NCBI GenBank assembly: GCA_032718475.1
Contig: JAUCBJ010006822.1
Span: forward strand, 9,927 to 73,926
DNA: 64,000 nucleotides
DNA from: Nemertoderma westbladi
Taxonomy: Eukaryota > Animalia > Xenacoelomorpha
Direction: 5' to 3'
How positions within the stretch are numbered: the first letter of the stretch is position 1; each line of letters opens with the position of its first letter. Positions 52,501 through 61,800 of the stretch are shown here, in pieces. The position numbers and the translations under genes are program-made. The notes beneath the pieces are model-generated. The model had not been told where the DNA came from, did not search any database, and saw only the letters and a list, made by a program, of their open reading frames with translations.

Positions 52501-54231
52501 GAGGAATCGATGACGTGTGATGAGGGGCGGTATACAATAGGAATGGTGTGGAAACTACCGAAGATACCGCTACCCGATAATAGAGGGATGGTACTCACGA
52601 GACTCCGCAAGCTGAAACAAACACTACAACGGAGCCCCGAGAAGAACGAGTACATTCACAAAACCATTAAGAAGTACGTCGAGAAAGGATGGGCCGTGGA
52701 GTTACCGGTCGACGAACCGAACACGGACAGGACATACTACCTGCCACTCCACGTAGCTTTAGACCCAAAGAAAGGTAAACTTAGGATGGTAGTCGATGCA
52801 TCGGCAAAGACCGACGGAAAGTGCTTAAACGATTACCTACTAGAGGGCCCAAACATATACAATTCGGGCATAGAAGTACTACTTAGATTTAGGAATGGGA
52901 AACACGCCTTCACGTGTGACATAGAAGGCATGTTCAACCAAGTCCGAGTAACAGAAGAAGATAGTGACAGTCAACGCTTCTTATGGTATAACGGCGAAGA
53001 AGAACCGCCGGTAATACCAGCGTATAAGATGGTAGTACAAAATATGGGGGCCAAGTCGTCCTCATTTACGACGACTATGGCAGTGAGAGACACGGTAAAG
53101 GGCAAGGAAGATAGATATAGCAGTAGGGCCGTCGACATGATCAGACGCGGTTTCTACGTAGACGACGGCATGGAGTCTGGAAATACGGTTGAGGAGATAC
53201 TGGAAACAGGGCGCGAGGTTCGCGACATCCTGAAAGGATCCGGCTTCAACCTGACCAAATTCCAATCCAGTTCAGAAGAATTTATCAGGGAAATAGAAGA
53301 CAAGAAACCAGAATCGACCATGGACAACCCTACAACAGCCAAAGGACAGGACATGGCGATTAAGAGAACGGAATCCCAGCAGAAGGCGTTGGGAATCGTG
53401 TGGGATAGAAAAACAGACGAACTGAAGTATCAGCTGAGCCAAGAGGGCGCAGACACCCATACGAAGAGGGGCTACGTATCGTATATAGCAAGGATATACG
53501 ATCCCTTAGGCCTAGCATCCCCATTACTAGTCACGGGGAAACAGATACTCAAGAGAGTATATAAGTTGAAGGATGAGTGGGACGTAGAGGTACCAGAAGA
53601 CATCAAGAAACAGTGGAGCAAATGGACAGGAGACTTGGAGAGGATGGGAACATACAACATGCCGCGAGTGTATTTCCCGGACGGGAACATGACGAATCTG
53701 GACCTACATATGTTCTCCGACGCGTCGTTAGAGGCATACGGAGCGGCACTCTATTTAGTACAACGAGAGGGGCCTCACAAGCCCAGACTAGCCTTTAGCA
53801 AAGCTAAGTCAACGCCGCCAGACTCAGCATCTGTTCCCAAGTTAGAATTGACAGCCGCAAGACTAGGAGTTAGAGCCACAGCCTACCTAGTGGATACAAT
53901 TCCCAACATAGTGGAGACACACTACTGGACGGACTCCATGGTAGTGCTTGGTTGGTTACACAACGAAAAGACGAGGTACCCGATATTCGTCGCGAATAGA
54001 GTGGACGAAATAAGGGCGAGCACAGAACTGGAAAGGTGGCACTACTGCCCAACAGACGAGAACCCAGCGGACTTGCTGTCGAGGGGCGTGGAACGCCACA
54101 CTTTCTTAAAGAAAGAAGCATTGTGGCAACACGGGCCACAATTTCTGAGCGATAGGGAGGCCTGGCCGCCGATGAGGAAGGTGGACCCGGGCTCGGAAGT
54201 AGTATCAGAAGGAGAAGAGGGAGATTCATAG
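49528..54231 (+). CDS. pol: BEL/Pao Gag core, zinc knuckles, aspartic protease, RT and RNase H
   Basis: DUF1759-like PFKFDGSRPEEYLQF; CQLH..H..C and CSRCVKSGHKAREC; LVDSGA; YYLPLH, CDIEGMFNQV, FYVDD; HMFSDAS, PKLEL, WTDS, NPADLLSRG. Confidence 0.93.
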   Translation, partial: RAGGGATSTPQRKVSGERGGGGAESVPQPSADNARAEQGKPQQPATESNRGIASIPSDVRSSRERQVDVAGGQTERRARSEEERRTVGFNREVDERSREREYSTDRRREEENSRSIAAKDRRARTDSEPSVVEMRTESQWGRTPGDCRRPGGMRSGETHYTPREGYAMYRYEDENSGEGGRRETFRRNIPTDREYGSRGEDYSRRINFDPEQHMQTVGHTVGLTAHTVGHTERGNVGDRIARTTGLNPEVAEYIPAGRPEADRPIPVPAQQYDYSMQGHNIYPGEGGIIVDRCMGPNILTSTPVPDIPVGGGQGDIPPSQYQQYTPTGTRTTRPLDENRSCDTDIWRGPLPPMTYPSQRRSRNRTDEPHQTRETIQHPSNPLEAQAMGMATLIDALKTRIELPPVEPFKFDGSRPEEYLQFRRMYSNEILTKNLTQAECLKYLQVYTGGPAYDIVRQYQGIEGGFTTAWRALDREYGHPAKIIRQTLRGITSGGLQDNPVSIKTFANKVEKALIVLKTLDAPYELNASNNITTIAQALPSWLRNKWRKIAFSTRDKKGAEPGLEEMSNFLNYEAELITDPVYSEDSLGKGPKTDHYRPKTEHNTSNALPRLRQSLPYAATQGTASPQTSEDKTTSRDGQGNNNNMNKHNPSTSSRSNPVNKNSRDFGTNITAIRNALYKEGYDPKSKCQLHANALHKTMNCRYWQALPRQDQIDYASSNKICSRCVKSGHKARECQEKPVKFGQRRGQTMATSTVGAKKRGTVLLGVVPVRVIGEGNRSVTTLMLVDSGAAFTLVEEWVAEEIGLRTRPSRMAVTTISSKDEILEMRTGRCAIAAVAPGCDYGATIDPIQVIESININARRPTNIEVEQYKFLDNIDFSIPNVDVRKVSIIVGMDCPTAHERMQTVFGEDKQSDPVAILTPFGWTLSGPIKSKIPFRMSETSGCMFAGTMQEMGDEGAEEQLKRLLRQDFEGLKETGVGTSVEDKQALQSVEESMTCDEGRYTIGMVWKLPKIPLPDNRGMVLTRLRKLKQTLQRSPEKNEYIHKTIKKYVEKGWAVELPVDEPNTDRTYYLPLHVALDPKKGKLRMVVDASAKTDGKCLNDYLLEGPNIYNSGIEVLLRFRNGKHAFTCDIEGMFNQVRVTEEDSDSQRFLWYNGEEEPPVIPAYKMVVQNMGAKSSSFTTTMAVRDTVKGKEDRYSSRAVDMIRRGFYVDDGMESGNTVEEILETGREVRDILKGSGFNLTKFQSSSEEFIREIEDKKPESTMDNPTTAKGQDMAIKRTESQQKALGIVWDRKTDELKYQLSQEGADTHTKRGYVSYIARIYDPLGLASPLLVTGKQILKRVYKLKDEWDVEVPEDIKKQWSKWTGDLERMGTYNMPRVYFPDGNMTNLDLHMFSDASLEAYGAALYLVQREGPHKPRLAFSKAKSTPPDSASVPKLELTAARLGVRATAYLVDTIPNIVETHYWTDSMVVLGWLHNEKTRYPIFVANRVDEIRASTELERWHYCPTDENPADLLSRGVERHTFLKKEALWQHGPQFLSDREAWPPMRKVDPGSEVVSEGEEGDS

Positions 54232-55794
54232 GGAGAAGAGATATACTCCCAGATGGTGAGGGAGATCAGGGACGTGCAACCAGGAAGGGAACTGTGCGAT
54301 AACCCGACGGATAAACTCCTCAGCTACAGTTCTAGTTGGTATAAGACCAAGAAACTAGTGGCGTACTGGAGAGCCTTTGGGAATTTCCTTGCGGGAGTCG
54401 GCAAGGACAAGAAGACCAGGATAACCATAGATCTGGAAGGAGCGGCCAAGGCAGTGATCCGCTATGAACAACGCAAGAACTACGGCGACGAGGTGGAACG
54501 TGTCAGTAACCAACAGCACCTCCGACGGGATAGCGAGTTGATCACGCTGTCGCCACAACTCAACGAGGACGGGATTCTAGTAATGAATTCTAGGGTGGGA
54601 TATAACAACAGTATAGTCGTGCCACCGAAACCCATCATCATTCCCACAGGATCGCCTATAGTCCACCAGATCATATGGGACTCCCACAAATCGATACTGC
54701 ATGGGGGCACCAACCGAACCCTCACAGAGATAAGGAGGACCTATTGGGTCAAACAACTAAGGAAGAAGGTTAAAGCGGTAGTGGGGCAGTGCCAGACCTG
54801 CCGACGAGCGAAGAAGGAACGAGCCGTACAGGAGATGGCGCCACTACCGGCGAGTAGGGTAAGACAGCACGACCCGCCATTTACGCATTGCGGTGTGGAC
54901 ATGTTCGGGCCGATAAAGATCAAGGTGATGCGACACACGGAGAAACGCTACGGTATTATCTTCGTATGCAACAATACGCGGGCGGTAGGGATAGAACTCG
55001 CCCAAGATGCAACCGCATCAGCCTTCATTAACGCCTTAGAAAGGTTTAGGGACCGCAAAGGTGGGACGATCGCAGTGATATACAGCGACAACGGCACCAA
55101 CTTTGTGGGCGCAGAGAGTGAGATGGCAGAGGCCTTAGACATCTTGGAGGGAGAAGAAGTCAGGGCGGCCATGAGAAGACGACAAGTGAAGTGGGAGAGA
55201 AGGACGCCGTATGCACCACATACGTTAGGATGCGTCGAGAGACTCGTGGGCAGTTCAAAACGTCTAATGACGAAGCTGATGAACACCCACATGGTCACTG
55301 AAGACGTCTTACGGACAGTACTTGCAAAGTGCGAGGGGATCATTAATAGCAGACCGCTATACCCGGAGAATGATGACCCTGAGTCATTAGACGTGTTGAC
55401 GCCTAGCCATTTCCTGATGGAAAGGCCAGCGACCATAGATATGCGGGGTGTAGACCCAGATGATATACACTCCCGCCAAAGTTGGAAAGTAGCTAAAGCA
55501 ATTAGCGCAGAGTATTGGAGGAGGTGGGTAGAAGAATACCTACCCACGCTCCATAAGCGAAGCAAGTGGAGGAAGCCAAACAGGGAGTTGAGAGAGGGAG
55601 ATCTCGTAATCGTCACGGATGATACTATCATCAACAACCAATGGCGGTTGGCGAGAGTTGTAGGCACCTACTCCGACGAGGACGGAAGAGTCCGATCGGT
55701 AGAAGTGCGGATAGGTGGAAAGATAGGTGCGAAAGACAGAAAAACCTACAGGAGAGCAGTAGGTAAATGCTGTCTTCTAGAAGGGGCACCTTAA
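54232..55794 (+). CDS. pol: BEL/Pao integrase, in frame with RT-RH across one TAG
   Basis: H..HGG...CQTC zinc finger; GVDMFGP, SDNGTNF, VERLV (DDE); C-terminal YWRRWVEEYL and WRLARV (DUF5641-like). Confidence 0.93.
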   Translation, partial: GEEIYSQMVREIRDVQPGRELCDNPTDKLLSYSSSWYKTKKLVAYWRAFGNFLAGVGKDKKTRITIDLEGAAKAVIRYEQRKNYGDEVERVSNQQHLRRDSELITLSPQLNEDGILVMNSRVGYNNSIVVPPKPIIIPTGSPIVHQIIWDSHKSILHGGTNRTLTEIRRTYWVKQLRKKVKAVVGQCQTCRRAKKERAVQEMAPLPASRVRQHDPPFTHCGVDMFGPIKIKVMRHTEKRYGIIFVCNNTRAVGIELAQDATASAFINALERFRDRKGGTIAVIYSDNGTNFVGAESEMAEALDILEGEEVRAAMRRRQVKWERRTPYAPHTLGCVERLVGSSKRLMTKLMNTHMVTEDVLRTVLAKCEGIINSRPLYPENDDPESLDVLTPSHFLMERPATIDMRGVDPDDIHSRQSWKVAKAISAEYWRRWVEEYLPTLHKRSKWRKPNRELREGDLVIVTDDTIINNQWRLARVVGTYSDEDGRVRSVEVRIGGKIGAKDRKTYRRAVGKCCLLEGAP

Positions 55795-55835
55795 ATTAGA
55801 GTTAGTGTGAAGTTTAGTCGTCCAAGTTTTGGACT

Positions 55836-55849
55836 GAGGGGGGTGGGAT
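55836..55849 (+). promoter_or_regulatory. Candidate polypurine tract
   Basis: GAGGGGGGTGGGA ~40 bp after the integrase stop, followed by TG, the usual PPT position in BEL elements. Confidence 0.4.
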
Positions 55850-55907
55850 TGAGGGCGAGACGCCCTTCCCACACAAATAAAATAAAATAAAATAAAAATA
55901 AATAAAA

Positions 55908-56635
55908 GTTAGTTAGTTAGTAGGTACGTAGTACCTAGAGTTAGTTAGTTAGTAGGTACATAGTACCTAGAGTTAGTTAGTTAGTAGGTACGTAGTACCT
56001 AGAGTTAGTTAGTTAGTAGGTACGTAGTACCTAGAGTTAGTTAGTTGATAGGTACGTAGTACCTAGAGTTAGTTAGTTAGTAGGTACGTAGTACCTAGTT
56101 AGAATTAGAGTTAGAGGGTACGTAATGCCTAGTTAGAATTAGAGTTAGAGGGTAGGTAGTACCGATAGAGTTAGAGTTAGTAGGTACGTAGTACCTAGTT
56201 AGAGTTAGAGTTAGAGGGTACGTAATGCCTAGTTAGAGTTAGAGGGTAGGTAGTACCGATAGAGTTAGAGTTAGTAGGTACGTAGTACCTAGGTAGAGTT
56301 AGAGTTAGAGGGTACGTAGTACCGATAGTTAGAGAGTTAGTAGGTACGTAGTACCTAGTTAGAGTTAGAGTTAGAGGGTACGTAATGCCTAGTTAGAGTT
56401 AGAGCTAGAGGGTAGGTAGTACCGATAGAGTTAGAGTTAGTAGGTACGTGGTACCTAGTTAGAGTTAGAGTTAGAGGGTACGTAGTACCGATAGTTAGAG
56501 AGTTAGTAGGTACGTAGTACCTAGTTAGAGTTAGAGTTAGAGGGTACGTAGTACCGATAGTTAGAGAGTCAGTAGGTACGTAGTACCTAGTTAGAGTTAG
56601 AGTTAGAGGGTACGTAGTACCATTAGTTAGAAAGA
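55908..56635 (+). repeat. Hairpin-containing satellite (32-bp unit grading into TTAGAG-rich units)
   Basis: About six copies of TTAGTTAGTTAGTAGGTACGTAGTACCTAGAG, then variants with (TTAGAG)2-3; preceded by (AAAAT)n at ~55875-55906. Confidence 0.92.
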
Positions 56636-57137
56636 GAGAGTAAGAGGTAAAAGGGGTAAAAAATAGGATATAGATATTAGATAGCAGTAAGTAGAGTTAG
56701 TAGCGAGAGGGGGGCATATGAGTGCAGCTGGATAAATCGTGTGGCCACACGACGCATACTGCTGTACTGCATAGGCCCACTGAGTAGGCCAGAATATGGA
56801 TCAGAGAGAGAATAGAATAAATCCATAGGCAGTAGTAAGTAGTAGGACAGTAGAATCAAAGCAAAATAAATAAAATAAATAGAATAGGGCTAAAATCGGA
56901 AAATAGTGGTAACACAAGGAAAGTCGTTCTAGAACATAATAAAAGTAACGGACGGAAATTGTAAATTAGGCTGATTTACTAGCTCCGAAATTAATTAGAT
57001 TAAATTAAGCTTGAAAGGCGCAGTTAAGTAGAAAAGTAGGCCATTATCGAACTGTAGGAAACATCTTAATACATCACTCATCTGTATTGCGCCTTGGTAA
57101 GGCACCACCCTGCAGGTGAGCGAGTGTAGTGTTCGGA

Positions 57138-58340
57138 ATGGCGAGTAAGCTGATCAGGAAGAGAAAGGCGGAGTCAGGAGGAAAAGAAATATTGGTGGAT
57201 TTCACCGAAAGACACCCGGAGGAGAAGACGAGAGGATACTACGAGAGGTTGGAAAGGGGTCACGCGGCACGAGCGCTGCAGGATCACTTCCGGGAGGCGC
57301 ACGAACAGTGGTTGGTCGGGACCTACGGGACGCCGTCGCTGGACAACGCGATCTTCCAACACTTCCACTACGTGGTGAAAGGAGACGAGGCAAAGTTCGG
57401 GATTCCGAAGTATCCGAGGGAATCGCCGAGGAAGGACTGGAAAAGATTCATAGAGTCCGTCAACAGAGGAGGATATATGATCCTAGATGACGAGGGAACC
57501 GTGGAAGACGAAACGGGTTCGAGACGAGGAACGGCAGGGTCGGCCAGGACCATACTCTTGCATTTGGCAGCGCCGAATGGGGACATCTTCTTATTCGACC
57601 TGGGGACGTATGGGAAGAAGGACGGGCCGAAATTAGACCGACTGCCGAAAGCGGTACAGGTCTTAGTAAGAGAGAAGTCGACGACGAAAGTGGGATCGGC
57701 GATTCGCGAGGACGCGGAGAGGATCATCGGTCCGGACGCCACCAACGGCTATGACGTTGGTCATGACCGTTGGTCGGTTATGGCTATGACGGCACCGGAT
57801 GGATTGGGGGTGGTCGAGAACTCAGGCCAATGCGGGGCGGTGGCGATGGGCCAATTATTGGGGCTCGTATGCCACAAACCAATGGATTGGGGGAAGTTTA
57901 GGGAAGAATACGGAGCAGAACTAGCGAACTCGCTGAAGTGGGGAGCGAGACCGGGAAAGCAGGAGGTATATCAGTTTCGCAGAGGAGCGATAAAGGTATA
58001 TCAGAAGCGATATATCCTGCAGGAGGACTGGATGATGATAAGTTTACTTAACTTATTCATGACCGTAGTTATCGAAAGAGAACCAGGGGCATTTCTGTTA
58101 TCGGGATCACCCCTAAGCTACAGGAGAGCCTTTAAAGTGGCCTTTGACGGTCTGGTAGACCACCCGGGGCTGAAGGGCGAGTCGGTGTACTACAACAGCC
58201 GACATCTGGTAGATGGGGAGACAGATACACCGTATCAGAGATGGGAGCAGCTAGAGATGGATAGACGGGAAGCAAAGCGACTGGAAGAAGTCGCTAGACG
58301 GGAGAGGATAGAAGCAGAGGAGAGGGAAGAGGAGGCCAGG
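57138..58340 (+). CDS. Extra ORF: putative DEDDy-type (WRN/EXD/mut-7-like) 3'-5' exonuclease, 3'-interrupted
   Basis: ~400 open codons; ILDDEG (ExoI), ILLHLA..G.IFLFDL, LPKAVQVLVREKSTTKVGSAIREDAERI (ExoII), YQKRYILQED (ExoIII-like); composition switches abruptly at 58341. Confidence 0.62.
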
Positions 58341-58472
58341 TCACAGTATAGAATTATATTCCCTAAATGCCGTGGATTTTCAAAATTTTATTTTATTCGA
58401 ATTAACTTTGTAAAGATTGCTTTGAGTTCTCATTCGTATTGGTTCTATCTATTATGCATCTATCGGTCAAGT

Positions 58473-58559
58473 GGTTCAGTAGCTCAGTTGGTAGAGCGTT
58501 GGAAATTATAAGTATAGTAGGTATCGAGTTCAAATCCTAGTAAGTGCGAATTATTTTTT
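58473..58559 (+). pseudogene. tRNA-derived sequence (SINE head or tRNA relic) inside an AT-rich insertion beginning ~58341
   Basis: A box TAGCTCAGTTGG, B box GAGTTCAAATCC, T-run downstream; acceptor and anticodon stems do not pair. Confidence 0.6.
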
Positions 58560-58829
58560 GTGTAGAATTTCAACTCATTTAAATTAACCGCTACAAATTA
58601 ATTGCATTTGTCTGTACCAATAAGGCTGTAGTTATTTGATTGTAACCAATGTCGTGCAAGTTATATATTAGCTGGACCAATAGCTATCTTTAAAACCTTG
58701 TTAGAATCTATAGAACAATCGAGAATTTTCTCGATTGATTGCGGCACAAATTTAGTATATAAAGGTGCGATTTGTTCATTAGTTATCAATTTCCATCATT
58801 CACTTTCTGTCTTATTTCAGATTACATTG

Positions 58830-61800
58830 TTTATTGTATAATAGTTATTATATGTTTTGTAATAAAGTCAGAAATACTAGTCACATCTCTCAGCCTTTCT
58901 ATCTGTTTTAATATGGTTTCACTACGGTGAACAAACTCAGGGACAGGATGGCCAGCTAGAGATCGGGCCACAGCAATGAACGGGAACATCACGGGAATGT
59001 AGACGAGAGACAACCCGCAATACCATCTAGTGTTATTCGCCCATCGCCTGAAAGGTTAGACAGCGTTCGATCCTTGCTACCTAAGTGTAAGACCAAAAGA
59101 TCAAAGGTAGACGTAGTGACACGCTGTGAGCCCAAAATTACATCATAGGGACTGTACTGTCTTGATTCAGGAAAAAACCGCAGTAGACCTTCATATTCCT
59201 ACGGGGGAGAGGGAGAGAGAGCAGATACTAGTACGCAGATAGGATGTAGGCACACCGGTACAAGGCATACACATTGGTTAGGGTGCAGCAAACTGTACGC
59301 TTAACTCTTGCTAAGTACAGGTGTGTGTGCGACTATTTGCCGTACAACGGTGTCCGTTACATCAGAACTTGTAGGCTAGGGGGTTGCTGTGTTTTCACCT
59401 GAATTGGGATTGTACCGTTCAGGCGGTAGGGCAGTTTACGCTAGGCGCAAATAAATTGAGGCTATCAGGGATACTAACATCTACCGTGTCCCCGCCAACG
59501 CCCTAATAGGAAGTTACCTGGACTACCTGGGTGACTAAAATTCTAGATAGGAGCCAGGATAGCTATTAGTACCCGTACGCCTACAGTAGTAAACTAACAC
59601 ATCTCTTCTTAGTATCAGGGACCTGGTACCTAAAATTGCCGAATTCTGGGCGTAGTATTAACCTTATGCCTGAATTTGAGTCCTGGAAATACGCAAGAGG
59701 GGAAGGAACCTTACCATTCGTGAGTATTGGACCTACAAGTTATAAAATTAGAATATTCGTAAAATGCACACCGTACCCAGTAATTATATATGTGAAGGAG
59801 CAAAACTGCTTTGACCGTTCAGAATTAACACACGCGCGTTAGAAATTATTTACACCTCGAAATATATAAAATTAACTTTCGTCCTTACTGCACTTTGCTC
59901 GCTAGTTAGCCATCTCCAAATCTGCTCTATACCTAGCTAGCGTCCCTTTGCCCAACCATATAAATCACACCGCGGCAAAGTATACGAGCCTTTTAGTCCG
60001 TCAGTGAGTCAGCCTGATTTTAGGATTCGCTGCGCGGGATTTTGTTTTATCGAAGTTTGTCTGCTCGTAGACTGTTTTCTGCCTCACCGGTTAAAAGAGA
60101 TCGATACTGCAATATATTCGCTTACTTGGGGTTTACTGTTTTGGTGAGAAGGTCGGATTTATGATTTGATTTACAAACTTTACAGTAGGATATTGCAGGT
60201 ATTGTTACCGTCTCTTCCGATAGTAGGAATAGGCGTATCTCTCCAATTTAGTAGGAATATGTTTTACTGAACTACGGTTCGGTAGGACTAAAGTTATTTG
60301 AAAATTTTGTATTTTGAGGTAAAAATTTATATTTGATTAGCTAAGTGCTAATTTTTTGAAATAAAATTTGATTTGAACCGCGTGTAAAATATTTTGGAAT
60401 TGAATACCGGTGTTTAAAAGGGTTTAAATACCATATTGTACCGGTACAAAAATTTTCGTAAAAGTAAAACCTAACTCTTTTGTTTTTCAGGATTCAGAAC
60501 TCATTTCTAGACTGTAACGGGAGCAAGACCGTGTTTAGCAAGTTTGGGAGATAGATAACTCAACAACTTTGGTTGGGAAAATCGCGTTTCGTCCGCAACG
60601 TTAAAAACGGAAAGGTTCACGTTCGGTTTGTATCTGGGAATCTGTTTTTCTGGAGAATTATTGGAGTGGGTGAGTTCGAAAAGTTGCATAAATAAGTTAG
60701 GCATTACCGTATTAGTTAAAATTATTGTGGGTTCCACTGTCTCAAGTATTTATGCATTCCGTATGATTTCTTTGTTCATTGCTGAATTAGTCCGTATTAT
60801 TGTATTTAATTTACCTTTTGATAACGCATATCGTTATCCGATTTATTTGTTGTAAAATTGGCCGCTAGGCTAATTTTATTATATACTTATTCCGTGACAT
60901 TTATTTGCTGTAAAATTGGCCGTTTAGGCTAATTTTATCCATCTGCTATAAAATCGGCCAGTAGGCTAATTTTATATGACTGTAATTAGTACCGTTTTAT
61001 ACAAATACGGTAAACTCGATACTTTGACACTCACGTTACTTGACTTACAACTACCGAAATGAGTGACAAACAAGACTATACGAAGAATACACAAACCGAC
61101 TATGACTCATGTGACGCGGATAAGTCAGCAGCGGAAGAACCACAGGGGAAGACTCGCGAGCCTACCGAACCTACACCGTGCGCGTCACCAGTACATCCAA
61201 CGGGAGTACCGGATGCCGTAGTACGAGGCGACGGCAGGACCGAGGACTTTCTAACTGTTCCGCAACCTAGATATAGGGAAACGGAATTGGTAAGTTCAGC
61301 AGGAAGCACAGAAAGTGTGGTTAGAAGCGTCGGTGGATACATGGCGCATATAACCAGGAGTATTGGAGAAGGCCAACGCATATTAGACGGGTTGACCGCT
61401 CCGATGTCTCGATTCGAGTTCTACACCCTCCAGGTTAGAGTACAGAGTAAAGTATATAAGTCCGTAGATAATCTAGTTGGCCTACAAGATCTAGCTAGAC
61501 AGAGACAGGACATGGATACTCAACTTAGAATCCTCGAGAAACTAATGATCACTAGAGAGAAACTGATTCAGTTTAAGTCGACGATTAGACAGATACAACA
61601 GGAACAAGCGGACCAGTTGTTAGGTGAGTCAGTTTCGGACGAATTATTACAACCCGAGGAAGAACAGGAATTGTACCGACTGGATGGACAATTGAAACAT
61701 CTGACGGACCACTTACGCATGTGCGGCGAAGACGTCGGCGATTTGGAAACCGTGCCGGAATACACGAGGGAAACTTCATTCGCACAAATCGAATCGGCAC

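Larger units (their letters stand above)
46660..58340 (+). mobile_element. BEL/Pao LTR retrotransposon 1 with an additional ORF after pol; ends not resolved
   Basis: gag-PR-RT-RH-IN order with BEL-specific motifs; purine-rich coding strand; 46660-~47184 may be an LTR remnant, but no second copy was found. Confidence 0.85.

Noticed and set aside
55908-56635. Interstitial telomere
   Set aside because: TTAG/TTAGAG runs are only 2-3 copies long and are interspersed with a hairpin motif; no TTAGG or TTAGGG array
58341-58511. Hydrophobic C-terminus of ORF 57129-58511 as an env-like transmembrane anchor
   Set aside because: It is read-through into the unrelated AT-rich insertion; no signal peptide or env motifs upstream
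58473-58548. Functional tRNA gene
   Set aside because: Only the D-arm/A box and the B box are recognisable; acceptor and anticodon stems do not pair
60858-60870. GGCCGCTAGGC match to the family-1 Helentron hairpin
   Set aside because: Only 11 bp, with no subTIR or CTAG end, and the loop varies in sister repeats; likely chance
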